DNA of 64,000 nucleotides from Candidatus Hydrogenedentota bacterium (GCA_045863335.1 BTVY01000028.1:34009-98008), one strand, 5' to 3'; shown: positions 28,683 to 39,050, numbered from the stretch's first letter. Numbers and translations: made by a program. The notes: generated from the letters alone by a model not told the origin.

Positions 28683-30235
28683 GACTCGTCCTCCTCTTCC
28701 ACGTCCTCGAACAGATGAGGCCGTGTGCGCCACGCGTACCAGATACCGATGCAAAGCAGAAGTCCCACGCCGATGATCATTCCGCGCGCCAACCAAAGGT
28801 AAGGATCTGCGCCGGCATGCAGGATCTTGGTCTTCCACACGTCCACCGACGAGACTGCGAGGAGAACAAGGATATACACGGGTGTGACGAATGCCATAAT
28901 GGGATAGAAAATGCGCGGCACATGGAAGTCCGCGCCCTCGTGCATCTCTTTCCAACCTCGCTTGACACCAAAAAACCAAGCGAACACAACCGCCTCGATA
29001 GCCGCGAATACAATCAGCAGATACGTCCCCGCCCAGTAGTCCAGTTCATCGATGATTCCCTTGTGCATGAACAGAATTACGGGCTGCATGAGCACAAAGA
29101 TGATCACGCCCAGGATGGGGATCAGCTTCTTGCGGTCAATACCCAATTCATCCTGCAGGAATAGAAGCAGCGGGGTAAACATGGCGACGCTGGAGGTGAG
29201 CCCTGCAAGAAACAGCAGAACAAACCACATGGTTCCGAAAACCTGCCCGGCCGGAAGCTGTTGGAAGATCACGGGAAGACTGTAAAAACCAATGTCGAAC
29301 GCGCCACCGCCGGCGATCTCCTTTGCCACCGCCGGACCAAAAAAGATCACCGCGGCCGGCACCGCAATGGTCGCCCCCAACACCACTTCCACGAACTCGT
29401 TGGTGCCCGTCGCCGCCAGGCCGTTAAGCGTCACGTCCTCGTCGCGCCTCAGGTAGCTGGCGTAGGTGTGGATCATGCCGAAGCCCAGGCTCAACGTAAA
29501 AAAGATCTGACCGGTAGCGTCGAGCCAAACGTTGGTATTCTTAAGGACCGACCAGTCGATCACCCACACTTCGGCAAGCCCGTCCGTTACCGTCCGCCCG
29601 TCAATCGGCGGCAAAGTCAGCACGCGCGCGGCGAGAATGACGCCCAACACCAATAGCGTAGGCATCGCATACTTCGCGACGATCTCGATCCCTTTCTCGA
29701 TCCCCCTTGAGAAGACAATCATGTTGATCGCGAAGGTCAGTAGAAAGAAGAAGTAGGCTTTCCAACCGAAACTCACGGCGCCCGCATCGCTCAGACCGAG
29801 GTAGGAACCGAAGACGCCCTTCATGCTCTCCCGGCTCACATCGCCCCAGTACTCGCCGGTCATGGTCATCCACGCGTATCCAAGCGACCAGGATTCGATG
29901 TACACGTAGTAGAGGCCAATCATCGCCGGGAGCAAGACGCCGAATACACCGAGGTACTTGGAAATAGGATTCTTCCAGAGCCGGTGGAACATGCCCGGCG
30001 TGCTGCCGTGGCCATACCCGCCGCCGTGGCGCCCGATGGTCCACTCGATCCACATGAGCGGAATGCCCAGCAAGACAAGCGCGATGAAGTACGGCACCAT
30101 GAACGCGCCGCCGTACGGCGCGGCTTTCCCTGGAAACCGGAGAAAGTTACCGAGACCTACGGCGTTCCCCGCCATGGCCATGACAAGCCCAAACCGCGTG
30201 GCCCACCGGTCGACCTGTACACTTTTCCCTGCCAT
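28679..30235 (-). CDS. Sodium-dependent transporter, NSS (SNF) family
   Basis: AGNAVGLGNFLRFP, GGAFMVPY, GQIFFTLSLGFG, YASY, LAGLTSS. Confidence 0.92.
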   Translation of the reverse strand: MAGKSVQVDRWATRFGLVMAMAGNAVGLGNFLRFPGKAAPYGGAFMVPYFIALVLLGIPLMWIEWTIGRHGGGYGHGSTPGMFHRLWKNPISKYLGVFGVLLPAMIGLYYVYIESWSLGYAWMTMTGEYWGDVSRESMKGVFGSYLGLSDAGAVSFGWKAYFFFLLTFAINMIVFSRGIEKGIEIVAKYAMPTLLVLGVILAARVLTLPPIDGRTVTDGLAEVWVIDWSVLKNTNVWLDATGQIFFTLSLGFGMIHTYASYLRRDEDVTLNGLAATGTNEFVEVVLGATIAVPAAVIFFGPAVAKEIAGGGAFDIGFYSLPVIFQQLPAGQVFGTMWFVLLFLAGLTSSVAMFTPLLLFLQDELGIDRKKLIPILGVIIFVLMQPVILFMHKGIIDELDYWAGTYLLIVFAAIEAVVFAWFFGVKRGWKEMHEGADFHVPRIFYPIMAFVTPVYILVLLAVSSVDVWKTKILHAGADPYLWLARGMIIGVGLLLCIGIWYAWRTRPHLFEDVEEEDES

Positions 30236-30399
30236 GAATCACCCTCTCCCAGATCTTCACCCCACGTCGTAGCTTGAAAAGTCGAACGAAACTATAAAGG
30301 TTTCCGCGCTGAAGGGTCAATCGCCGGTTGGAAATGCGGTTGCTGGGTGATACGATGGCTACTCCACGCTTTAGAACACAACTGCCACCAGAAGGGACT

Positions 30400-31671
30400 A
30401 TGAAAATGAATCTACGCACCGCGATCGCTGTCCTGCTTGCGCTCGTCGCCGTCATGGTTCCTGCCGCCGCGCAACAATCGCCGGAAGCGCCGGAGACGAT
30501 CATCGACCTATCCGTCCCCTACCGCGCCATCACGGAAGGACCGAACGCGCATTGGTTCGGCTATTACGACAAGCATCAGTTCGACCCATCGGGCCGCTAC
30601 GTCCTCAGCATGGAAGTGGACTTTCAGGGACGGACCCCCACGCCCGACGACGTCGTCAAACTCGGCGTGATCGATATTCAGGACGGGGACAAATGGATCG
30701 ACCTCGGCGAATCTCGCGCGTGGAGCTGGCAGCAGGGCTGCATGCTGCAATGGCTGCCCGGGTCGGACGCCAAGGTCATCTACAACGACCGCGAAGGCGA
30801 CCAGTACGTCTCCATCATCAAAGATGTGTTCACCGGCGAATCGCGCACGATCCCCCTCCCCGTCTATACGGTCAGTCCCGACGGCAAAATCGGGATGAGC
30901 GTGCCCTTCGCGCGGATCGACGAAACCCGTCCGGGCTATGGGTACAAGGGCGTCGTCGATCCCTACGCCAGCGATCCCCATCCCGCGAACGACGGAATCC
31001 GTCGCGTGAACTTGGAGACAGGCGAAGCGGAACTGGTCATCACCTTCGATCAAATTGCCGCGATTCCCGCGCCGAAAGATCCCCTCGGCAAGCATTGGTT
31101 CAATCACCTGCTCTTCAGCCCTTCCGGCGATCGCTTTATCTTCCTGCATCGCGCCTTCTGGGAAGAGGGCGGCAAAGGCTGGTCAACGCGCATGTTCACC
31201 GCACGGCCCGACGGGTCGGACATCTACTGCCTCGCCGATCACGGCATGACCTCGCACTTTATCTGGAAGAGCCCGGAGCAGATTCTGGCGTGGTCGCGGG
31301 AGCCGGATGTGAAGGATCACTTCTTCCTCTACACGGATCAAACGGATCAGGTGGACATGATCGGCGACGGGATTCTGACCACCGACGGGCACTGCACGTA
31401 CTCCCCCGATGGCGAATGGATCCTGACCGACACCTATCCGAACAAGGATCGCATGATGACGCTCATGATGTTCCGCCCCTCCGACTCGAAGCTCGTCACC
31501 CTCGGGCAGTTCTTTCATCCCCGGGAACATTCCGGCGAGTTCCGCTGCGACCTACATCCCCGCTGGGACCGGGAAGGCAAGTTCATCACGGTGGACTCCA
31601 TCTGCACGGGACTCCGGCAGATCTACCTCATCGACGTGAGCAGCATCACCGGCGGCGAATCGAAGAATTAA
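30400..31671 (+). CDS. Secreted beta-propeller protein, oligogalacturonate lyase / TolB-like
   Basis: Signal peptide; HWFGYYD, WSWQQG.MLQW, FNHLLFSPSG..FIFLHR, DGH..YSPDG..ILTDTYP, RCDLHPRW. Confidence 0.6.
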   Translation: MKMNLRTAIAVLLALVAVMVPAAAQQSPEAPETIIDLSVPYRAITEGPNAHWFGYYDKHQFDPSGRYVLSMEVDFQGRTPTPDDVVKLGVIDIQDGDKWIDLGESRAWSWQQGCMLQWLPGSDAKVIYNDREGDQYVSIIKDVFTGESRTIPLPVYTVSPDGKIGMSVPFARIDETRPGYGYKGVVDPYASDPHPANDGIRRVNLETGEAELVITFDQIAAIPAPKDPLGKHWFNHLLFSPSGDRFIFLHRAFWEEGGKGWSTRMFTARPDGSDIYCLADHGMTSHFIWKSPEQILAWSREPDVKDHFFLYTDQTDQVDMIGDGILTTDGHCTYSPDGEWILTDTYPNKDRMMTLMMFRPSDSKLVTLGQFFHPREHSGEFRCDLHPRWDREGKFITVDSICTGLRQIYLIDVSSITGGESKN

Positions 31672-31678
31672 ATGCCCC

Positions 31679-31832
31679 CAGGAGGGCGGGTTTTCCAACC
31701 CGCCACGGAAAGAATCTGGTGGCGGAATAAACGTATGGATAGAATCGCGCCAAGAAAAGCTGATCTTCGATCTGCAGCCCTCGCCCCGATCGCCATGCCC
31801 TCGCATCGCGGGTTGGAAAACCCGCGCTCCTG
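31679..31832. repeat. REP doublet, family B (GGAGGGCGGGTTTTCCAACCCGCC)
   Basis: Copy at 31679-31704 and inverted copy at 31808-31832, about 103 nt apart; a matching doublet lies at 42525-42675. Confidence 0.8.
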
Positions 31833-31909
31833 TGAGATACGCATAGCAACTGGATCGGCACAGGTGTAGACTGTCGGCTGTCCTGAAACCACTACCCCGG
31901 AGACGAATC

Positions 31910-32356
31910 ATGCAAGCGCTGAACTCCCTCCTTTCGTACACGACTTGGGCAAACCGGACCTGGCTGGATTTCATCTTCCGTGATGCCGCTTCGGATGCGT
32001 GGCTCACGGGCATGATCTCCCACATCTACCTCGCCGAACAGGCGTGGTTCCAGCGCATCTTCGACGAAGCGGTCTATCCGGGAGTATTCGAAACGCGGAC
32101 TGCCGCGGAACTGACCGCGATGGCGGAGCTGCACGAAGGCCGTTACGCGCAGGTTCAGCAAGGCGATCTCGACCGCGTCATCGCCTACAAACGGTTCAAC
32201 GGCGAAGCCTACGAAACGCCCTTGGGCGACATTCTGCTCCATCTCGTCACCCACGGCTCCCACCACCGCGGCCAGATGGCGACGCACGCGTCTCGGGAGA
32301 AGTTACCCTTCCCGACGACGGACTTCATCAATTACAGCCGCAGCCGCACGACATAA
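31910..32356 (+). CDS. DinB/YfiT family protein
   Basis: Y..WAN, SHI..AE..W..RI, HLVTHGSHHRGQ metal-binding His motif. Confidence 0.88.
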   Translation: MQALNSLLSYTTWANRTWLDFIFRDAASDAWLTGMISHIYLAEQAWFQRIFDEAVYPGVFETRTAAELTAMAELHEGRYAQVQQGDLDRVIAYKRFNGEAYETPLGDILLHLVTHGSHHRGQMATHASREKLPFPTTDFINYSRSRTT

Positions 32357-32433
32357 TTCGCGGTGGTTCGCGAATATACCTCCTCGAAGTCGGAGAATTG
32401 TGTACCCGTTCTCACTTGGAGAGGTATATCGAA

Positions 32434-32985
32434 ATGCGTGCAGTATGTTCTAATCGAATCCTGTTGCCTGTCGTGCTCCTGAGTGTTGTCGGCCTGACGG
32501 GATGCCCCATGCCGCCCCAAACCGTTCCCTTCGTGGACCTGGACAAATACATCGGCCTGTGGTACCAGATCGCGGCCTATCCCCAGTTCTTCAACAGAAA
32601 TCTCGTGGGCGTTACCGCGGAGTACACGCTCAACGACGACGGTACGGTGGGTGTGTTCAACACCGGTATCGAGAATGACTTTGACGGACAGGTCGTGACC
32701 ATCGAAGGCACCGCCCGGGTGGTCGACACAACGACCAACTCCAAATTGTCGGTGCGTTTCAACTTCCCCCTGGGACGACTCTTCGAAGGCGAATACTGGA
32801 TTATCGCACTGGACGACGTCGATTACACCTACGCGGTCGTGTCGGATTCGCGAAAGCAAAGCCTGTTCATCTTGAGCCGCACGCCCACCATGGACCAGCC
32901 GACTCTGGACATGATCCTGGACGACCTCGAGGCGCGCGGCTACGACCTCGACGAGCTGGAGTACACGCCGCAACAGACACCGTAG
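32434..32985 (+). CDS. blc: Bacterial lipocalin (Blc-like) lipoprotein
   Basis: Lipobox LTGC; VDLDKYIGLWYQIA (SCR1), YWII.LD..Y, LFILSRTP (SCR3); start at ATG 32434 after GAGG. Confidence 0.88.
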   Translation: MRAVCSNRILLPVVLLSVVGLTGCPMPPQTVPFVDLDKYIGLWYQIAAYPQFFNRNLVGVTAEYTLNDDGTVGVFNTGIENDFDGQVVTIEGTARVVDTTTNSKLSVRFNFPLGRLFEGEYWIIALDDVDYTYAVVSDSRKQSLFILSRTPTMDQPTLDMILDDLEARGYDLDELEYTPQQTP

Positions 32986-33079
32986 AAGGGCGCAGCACGC
33001 CGAACCTCAAGAATGGAATTGCCTCGGCCTCTCATACCATAATGGAGCCTTCAGCGATCCCCTAACTGGAGGCAAACGT

Positions 33080-34201
33080 ATGATGCTCCCCCGCGCCCGG
33101 CTTATCGCATGGTTGCTCCCGATTCTGTTGGTGTCTGTGATCACTTACGCGGCAGACGTGGAAACCCTCGCCATTGGCGCGCAGGCGCCGGACTTCTCCC
33201 TGCCTGGCGTCGATGGCAAGACGTACACACTCGCCGACTTTTCCGACGCGGACGTGCTGGTCATCGTGTTCACCTGCAACCATTGTCCCACCGCGCAGGC
33301 CTACGAAGCGCGCCTTCAACAACTCGCCGCGGACTACAAGGACAAAGGCGTTGCCTTGGTCGCAATTTCGCCGAACGATCCGCTCGCCGTCCGCCTTGAT
33401 GAGTTGGGCTATACGGACGTGGGCGATTCCTTCGACGACATGAAGAACCGCGCGGAACTGCGCGGGTTCACTTTCCCCTATCTCTACGACGGCGACGTGC
33501 AAGAGGTGTCCAAGGCCTACGGTCCCGTATCAACGCCCCACGTCTTCGTGTTCGACAAGGAGCGCAAGCTCCGGTTCGCGGGCCGCATCGACGACAACGA
33601 CGATCCCGCGAAGGTGAAGTCTCACGACACGCGCAACGCTATCGACGCCCTGCTCGAAGGCAAGCCGGTTCCGGTGGAGACCACCAAGACCCGCGGCTGC
33701 TCCATCAAGTGGTCGGACAAGCGGGGAACGGTGCAGGAATCGCTCGATCGTTGGGCGCAAGAACCGGTCGACCTGCAGCGCGTCGGCGTTGATGGCATCC
33801 AGGAGATCATGAAGAACGATTCCAAGAACCTGCGGCTGGTCAACGTCTGGGCCACCTGGTGCGGCCCCTGCGTCTACGAGTTCCCGCAACTGGTCGAGAT
33901 GAACCGCATGTACCGCGGTCGCGATTTCGATATGGTCACCATCAGCGGCGACGAAATCGACAACGAAGAAAACGTGCTGGCCTTCCTGAAGAAGAACGAA
34001 GCGTCCACCCGAAACTACATCTTCCACTCCGACGACGAATACGCCATGATTGAAGCCGTGGACCCCGAATGGCAGGGCAACCTTCCCTACACCGTCCTCA
34101 TTGCCCCCGGCGGCGAAATCATCTACCGCCACGAAAGCATGATCGACCCCCTCGAACTCAAACGCGCCATTGTGGACTACCTCGGACGGACGTACAACTA
34201 A
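33080..34201 (+). CDS. Secreted tandem redoxin-domain protein
   Basis: APDFSLPGVDG, CNHCP, GCSIKW (first domain); NVWATWCGPC (TlpA-like second domain). Confidence 0.88.
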   Translation: MMLPRARLIAWLLPILLVSVITYAADVETLAIGAQAPDFSLPGVDGKTYTLADFSDADVLVIVFTCNHCPTAQAYEARLQQLAADYKDKGVALVAISPNDPLAVRLDELGYTDVGDSFDDMKNRAELRGFTFPYLYDGDVQEVSKAYGPVSTPHVFVFDKERKLRFAGRIDDNDDPAKVKSHDTRNAIDALLEGKPVPVETTKTRGCSIKWSDKRGTVQESLDRWAQEPVDLQRVGVDGIQEIMKNDSKNLRLVNVWATWCGPCVYEFPQLVEMNRMYRGRDFDMVTISGDEIDNEENVLAFLKKNEASTRNYIFHSDDEYAMIEAVDPEWQGNLPYTVLIAPGGEIIYRHESMIDPLELKRAIVDYLGRTYN

Positions 34202-34228
34202 CTTTCCAAAATGTACCTACGCGAACGC

Positions 34229-34426
34229 TTTTTGGAGTGCGGCCGCTTGCGGCTGCTTTTCTTTGGCTGATCTCTGATACCTAAGTCTCTCGCGCGATTC
34301 GACGGATCGTATTGCTCGCTACGATATTTGCACAGGATTCATCGCACAAGCAGCACGCGCTATGATAGCGATAGGTGACAGGGTTGCGCCTAAGAAAAGC
34401 AGCCGCAAGCGGCCGCACTCCAAAAA
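34229..34426. repeat. REP doublet / MITE-like element, family A
   Basis: TTTTTGGAGTGCGGCCGCTTGCGGCTGCTTTTCTT (34229-34263) and its perfect 35-bp reverse complement (34392-34426). Confidence 0.85.
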
Positions 34427-34475
34427 ATCCCGCCGAGGTAGCTTGGGCTAACCGATTGAGCGAGAAGCGGCGGTC

Positions 34476-35669
34476 TTACTCCCCCACATTCTCATAATAC
34501 TTCACGTTCTGCGTGGCGCGTCCGTACGCGACGATATCCGGCCAGCCGTCGCCGTTGAGGTCGGCGGCGAGGGCGTCTTCGGTCGCCATACCGCCGTCGT
34601 CGATGACGTATTCCGTGGCAGTCAGCTCACCCATTGTGAGATCGAAGTTGATATCGTAAACGTTCAGGCCCGGGACCTCGCGCGGCCCCGCTTTTTCGCG
34701 CCAGCCGATGAGCACCTCGTCTTGACCGTCCCGGTCAAAATCGGCCCACCAGACGGCGTGCCCACCGGCAAGCTGATCGGTGATGACGTGACGTACCCAC
34801 GCGCCATCCTGCATCGTATAAACGACGGCCTGATTCGCGTGCCACGGTTCAATCGTCGCGAGCATAGGCGGACCATTCGCGTTGCGCTTGATCTCCCCGG
34901 CCCCACTCCGCGGCAGGGGCTCCGGATTGCCGGGGGTCAGCAGCGTCGATGACCACGCCCCGTCCGCCGAACGCGTGAACTGCGTTACCCCCTCGAAGGA
35001 CGCCGCCAGAATCGCGTCTCCCTTGCCCTCCTGCGGCACGGACCAGATGTTATGCATCACATGCAGTTCGCGGCTGATTTCCTCAATTTCCCAGGGCGTC
35101 TGCGTGAAGTCCGCGGTAGGACGCAACAAAAAGAGCCGCGCGCCGATGTCGGCAAAATTTGGCGGCTGCGAGTCGCGCCCTTTCAACGGCGCAACAACCA
35201 ACTCCGGCTTGCCATCTCCCTCCACATCCGCCCAGCGGATGCGGTGCAGCGTCGGTTCCTCTTCCAACAACGTAACGACATTCCACGGCTGCGACACGTC
35301 GTCGCCGTGATGCAGCAAGTACAACGCCCCGCCGGACGCGGTATTGTTGAATTGCCAATCCGCACCGAGCGCCAGTTCGGGGATGCCGTCCCCATCGAGA
35401 TTCTGTGGCGCGATGCAAACGTTCGAGTTGCGCAACGTGCCAGTAATTAGATGGCGTTCCCAGGTGGGGTTCTCGTACCACGCCACGTCCTCGCTGCTGA
35501 CCCCGATGATGTCGGGCTTATCGTCGCGGTTCACATCGGCCACCGTGATGGCCAGCCCCGTGCCCGCCTCGGGATTGATGATGTGATCTTTGAATGCGGG
35601 AAATGGGGTCTGGGCAAGTGCGCAAGAGGAAACAATAATGCAGACGAACAGCCAAAACATGCGGGACAT
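34476..35669 (-). CDS. Secreted FG-GAP/VCBS beta-propeller, aldos-2-ulose dehydratase N-domain-like
   Basis: DVNRDDKPDI, DVEGDGKPEL, DFDRDGQDE, DLNGDGWPDI repeats; LHRIRW, HVMHN, TIEPWH.N, GHAV. Confidence 0.65.
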   Translation of the reverse strand: MSRMFWLFVCIIVSSCALAQTPFPAFKDHIINPEAGTGLAITVADVNRDDKPDIIGVSSEDVAWYENPTWERHLITGTLRNSNVCIAPQNLDGDGIPELALGADWQFNNTASGGALYLLHHGDDVSQPWNVVTLLEEEPTLHRIRWADVEGDGKPELVVAPLKGRDSQPPNFADIGARLFLLRPTADFTQTPWEIEEISRELHVMHNIWSVPQEGKGDAILAASFEGVTQFTRSADGAWSSTLLTPGNPEPLPRSGAGEIKRNANGPPMLATIEPWHANQAVVYTMQDGAWVRHVITDQLAGGHAVWWADFDRDGQDEVLIGWREKAGPREVPGLNVYDINFDLTMGELTATEYVIDDGGMATEDALAADLNGDGWPDIVAYGRATQNVKYYENVGE

Positions 35670-35796
35670 AAAGAAGACTCCTTATTCATTCACTGATGTC
35701 ACCTTGCCGAGACAGTCTACCATGAACACTTGGGGTGGTCATCATGGATCGTTTCGATCATGCGGAGAGTTCGACGACATCACTGCGAAAACGAGA

Positions 35797-35892
35797 AAGA
35801 TAGATTCCCGCCTGCGCGGGAATGACGGGTAGGGCGAAGTAGCACGGGCGCTGTCCCAAAACGTCATTCCCGCGCAGGCGGGAACCCATCTT
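35797..35892. repeat. REP doublet, family C (GTCATTCCCGCGCAGGCGGGAA)
   Basis: 35797-35827 and 35862-35892 are inverted copies with 2 mismatches in 31 bp; core ATTCCC-N8-GGGAA. Confidence 0.85.
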
Positions 35893-35946
35893 CAGATAAG
35901 GTCAAATAATGCGCCCTCGTAGAGAATTGGAGTCGAGCAGAAGGAC

Positions 35947-37674
35947 TCAATAAAACTCAATCCCGAACAACTTCGCTTGCCGAAGTTGAAACCGCAAAAT
36001 CACCGCAGTGTCTTCGTGCTTCATTAAATCTTCGCCCTGCCACGTGACCGGAACCGCCAGCCCATCCCCCACGATGCGATCGGCGTCGTCGAAGGTCCGG
36101 CCCGCCACGTCCTCGCCGGTGCCAAAACGCCGCACGGCCGTCTTGATATACCCCGACGGTTTCACGGAACAGTTCAATCGAATCCGTTCGCCGCGCGGCA
36201 GCACGGCCACGGTGGCGAACTCCCCTTCTTCGTCGCACTGCAAGGCCACGAGCCGGCCCTTCGGCCAGGTAGCCATCCCGCCCTCGCCCGCCACGCCCGG
36301 GAACAGCCCCTTGCGCATCTCAAAGTTCCGGCCCGGATACTTGTGCGGAATCGGCTGCGCGCCGTAAGTGAGTCCCCACACGTCGCCGGGGTATTCGAGC
36401 AAGTTGCCGCTGCACACGATATACCCGCCGGTCGGCGTACCGGGTGCGCCGGTATCCACCACGGGACCCCCGGGCACCCGCGACCACACAACGCCGTCTG
36501 CGCTGGAGTACAGCCACGACGCGCCGCCGTCGCTCTCGAGTTCCCAGATCCACGGAAACATCACATGGTTGTCAGGAATACCGGGCAATGTCGTTTTACA
36601 GTTGGTGTAGAAGAGGTGGCTCGGCGCCATGTCGGCCCCGGTCGACAGCACGATCTCCGGCTTCTCAAAGTGCCGGAAGTCCTTGCTCACCGCGCGTCCC
36701 ACGGACCGGCGTCCGACGCTGATCCAGCCGTCGGGATTGATCGCGTCCATGTCCGGCGCCTTCTCGTTCACCTGCCACGCGCGCACGTAGGCCACGTACT
36801 CGTCCCGGTCCACGTCGTAGTAGCACGTGTTCAACGTGTCCGCGTGTTGCACCATGAGCGGTTCTTCGAGAAGGGTCCAATGGATCCCATCCGGCGATAC
36901 TGCGCCGAACACAGCGACCACGCAGCGAAATCCGCCCACGTCCTGCCGCCGCGCCATGGTGTCGACCTCGTCCGGATACTTCGCGGCATACGCGTCCCAC
37001 TCTTCGTCAGTGATGATGCCGAGATAGAGCATCTTGTAGCGTTCATCGGTCGACGATGGATCGACAAACACGCTCCCGCCATGGAACCCGCGCACGGAAC
37101 CATTGAGGTCTCCGCGAAAGACGATGTTGTTGTCCGTGTTGCCCGCGTACTCGAACAGGCCAAGCTTGGGATACTCCCAGGTCACGCTGTCCGCCGATTC
37201 CGCGTAGGCGATGTGCGCGTTGTATCCCGGCAGAATCCGATCCTTGGTGCTGAACGGCTCGGGATCATCAGATGGCCCCATCGTGTACCAGGCTTTATAC
37301 TTGCCCTCGTCGAAAACTTGCGCGGCAATCTGCCCCGGTTGAAACGGCACCTTCTCCGCAGGCTGCACGACAAGCCGGATGCCCCGCGGCATGTCGTAGG
37401 TCGTAAACTGCGCGGGCCGCGTCCCGTCTCCTTCCAGCCACGCGCCCACGTTCTTCTCTTCCTCCGTGGCATCCGGCGCATGCTGGATCTGCCACCCAAA
37501 ACTCCCCTGCCGGACATATTTCCAACTCGTGAAGTAGATGAAGTTGCTCTTCAACTCCACCGGCTCGCCATAGAACCGGTCCACTTGCGCGAAGGTCGGA
37601 TGCGCCAGCACGAGAGTCATGGTGTAGACGGCGAGGCGTGCCCACCGCCGCGGAAAATGAGATGTTCGAATCAT
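35947..37674 (-). CDS. Secreted hypothetical protein, GH32/GH43-like beta-propeller plus C-terminal beta-sandwich
   Basis: Start at MIRTSHF (37674); AYAES.D...WEYPKLG, SPDGIHW, DTLN, YVAYVR, SKDFRHF, SADGVVW; C-terminal LRFQLRQAKLFGIEF. Confidence 0.6.
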   Translation of the reverse strand: MIRTSHFPRRWARLAVYTMTLVLAHPTFAQVDRFYGEPVELKSNFIYFTSWKYVRQGSFGWQIQHAPDATEEEKNVGAWLEGDGTRPAQFTTYDMPRGIRLVVQPAEKVPFQPGQIAAQVFDEGKYKAWYTMGPSDDPEPFSTKDRILPGYNAHIAYAESADSVTWEYPKLGLFEYAGNTDNNIVFRGDLNGSVRGFHGGSVFVDPSSTDERYKMLYLGIITDEEWDAYAAKYPDEVDTMARRQDVGGFRCVVAVFGAVSPDGIHWTLLEEPLMVQHADTLNTCYYDVDRDEYVAYVRAWQVNEKAPDMDAINPDGWISVGRRSVGRAVSKDFRHFEKPEIVLSTGADMAPSHLFYTNCKTTLPGIPDNHVMFPWIWELESDGGASWLYSSADGVVWSRVPGGPVVDTGAPGTPTGGYIVCSGNLLEYPGDVWGLTYGAQPIPHKYPGRNFEMRKGLFPGVAGEGGMATWPKGRLVALQCDEEGEFATVAVLPRGERIRLNCSVKPSGYIKTAVRRFGTGEDVAGRTFDDADRIVGDGLAVPVTWQGEDLMKHEDTAVILRFQLRQAKLFGIEFY

Positions 37675-37762
37675 TGCCGTTCCCCGTTTCTGCGCTCCCT
37701 GTTCGCGCGCCAAATCATACCACGACGCGCGATTGCACTTGGTTTGTCGCACCGAAATCCCA

Positions 37763-37791
37763 TTGCGAATGTAACGATTCCGGTTTAGAAT
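37763..37791 (+). promoter_or_regulatory. Candidate promoter of the URO-D operon
   Basis: TTGCGA-17 nt-TAGAAT. Confidence 0.5.
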
Positions 37792-37874
37792 GATAATCAC
37801 CAGTCGGGGGGACTGGGAGAGAGCACTCGACGCAGGCATCCAGGCCACGCGCGAGCGCCATTGGGGGGATTGCG

Positions 37875-39050
37875 GTGAACGATCCACAGGCCAAGACCGA
37901 TCGCATCATTGCGGCACTCGAACATCGCGAGGCGGACCGCGTTCCCATCGGCGAGTTCTTCTGGTCCAACTTCGTGCGTCGGGCCAAGCAGGACTTCCAC
38001 ACGGGCGACGACTTCAATCCCTACACCTTCTGGGACCTCGACATGGTGGTCCTCAATCCCAACATGGACCCGCACATCACGCCCGTCGAAGTGGTGCTGG
38101 AGGAAGCCGATCGCAAGGTCGTCCGCACCGGCTTCGGTGCGACCATCGAACTCAAGGGCACCTACCCCATGCCGCGGTATGTGGATTTCGACACCCAATC
38201 CTACACCGACATGAAAGAGTTTCAATTCGACGACCCGCGCGATCCGCGCCGCTTCACCGCCGCGATCGATGATCAGATCAATTCTGTCGGCGACACCTTG
38301 GCCCTCGGCAACCCAGCTTGGGTGGATCGCGTGGATACCTTCGCGCGCGAATGTTGCGTCTTCGGCAGCGTCTGCGAACCCCACGAGATGATCTGGCGCA
38401 TCATGGGCACGGAAAACGTGCTCTATAAACTCGGCGAGGACCCCGGACGCATGGCGGCGTTCATCGAGCGTCTCGGCGATTTCCTCGTGGGCATCGCCGA
38501 AGCGCAGATCGCGGCCGCCCAGGGAAAACTGTCGGGACTCTACATCTGGGGCGATGTCGCCTATGACCGGGGCATGTTCTTCTCGCCGGACTACTGGCGC
38601 GCCGTATACAAGCCGCAGCTCCGGCGCATCTGCGACGTGATTCACGGGGCGGGACTCAAGGCGATCTACCACGGATGCGGCAATGCCTCCGTCCTGTTCG
38701 AGGACATGATTGACGCGGGGGTGGACGCCTACAACCCGCTCGAAGCAAAGGCGGGCCTGGACGTCGTGCAACTGAAACGGCAGTTCGGCTCCCGTTGGGC
38801 CTTCAACGGCAACATCGATGTCCGCGTACTGGCGACCAATGACCGCGATGCCATTCGCCGGGAGATCCTCACCAAACTGAACGCAGCCAAGGGTGGCGGG
38901 TATATCATCCAGTCCGATCACTCCGTGCCGGATGACGTGGACCCGGCAAGCTATGACTACGCGCGACAACTCGTCCGCGAGTACGGCGCCTACCCGCTTA
39001 ACCTGGGCGAATACGATCTCGATGTATCCGAACCCGCAACCACTGTATGA
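37875..39050 (+). CDS. Uroporphyrinogen decarboxylase / MtaA-CmuA fold protein
   Basis: DRVP, WGDVAY..GMFFSP..WR, YHGCG, NPLE.KAG, FNGNID, GGYIIQSDHSVP. Confidence 0.85.
   Translation: MNDPQAKTDRIIAALEHREADRVPIGEFFWSNFVRRAKQDFHTGDDFNPYTFWDLDMVVLNPNMDPHITPVEVVLEEADRKVVRTGFGATIELKGTYPMPRYVDFDTQSYTDMKEFQFDDPRDPRRFTAAIDDQINSVGDTLALGNPAWVDRVDTFARECCVFGSVCEPHEMIWRIMGTENVLYKLGEDPGRMAAFIERLGDFLVGIAEAQIAAAQGKLSGLYIWGDVAYDRGMFFSPDYWRAVYKPQLRRICDVIHGAGLKAIYHGCGNASVLFEDMIDAGVDAYNPLEAKAGLDVVQLKRQFGSRWAFNGNIDVRVLATNDRDAIRREILTKLNAAKGGGYIIQSDHSVPDDVDPASYDYARQLVREYGAYPLNLGEYDLDVSEPATTV

Noticed and set aside
28683-28979. Upstream part of the 131-aa ORF 28584-28979
   Set aside because: Lies out of frame inside the NSS gene; only the last 32 codons have an RBS and TM character.
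31999-32433. Apparent long N-terminal extension or DinB-lipocalin fusion
   Set aside because: Alternative frame over dinB; the lipocalin has its own RBS, ATG (32434) and lipobox.
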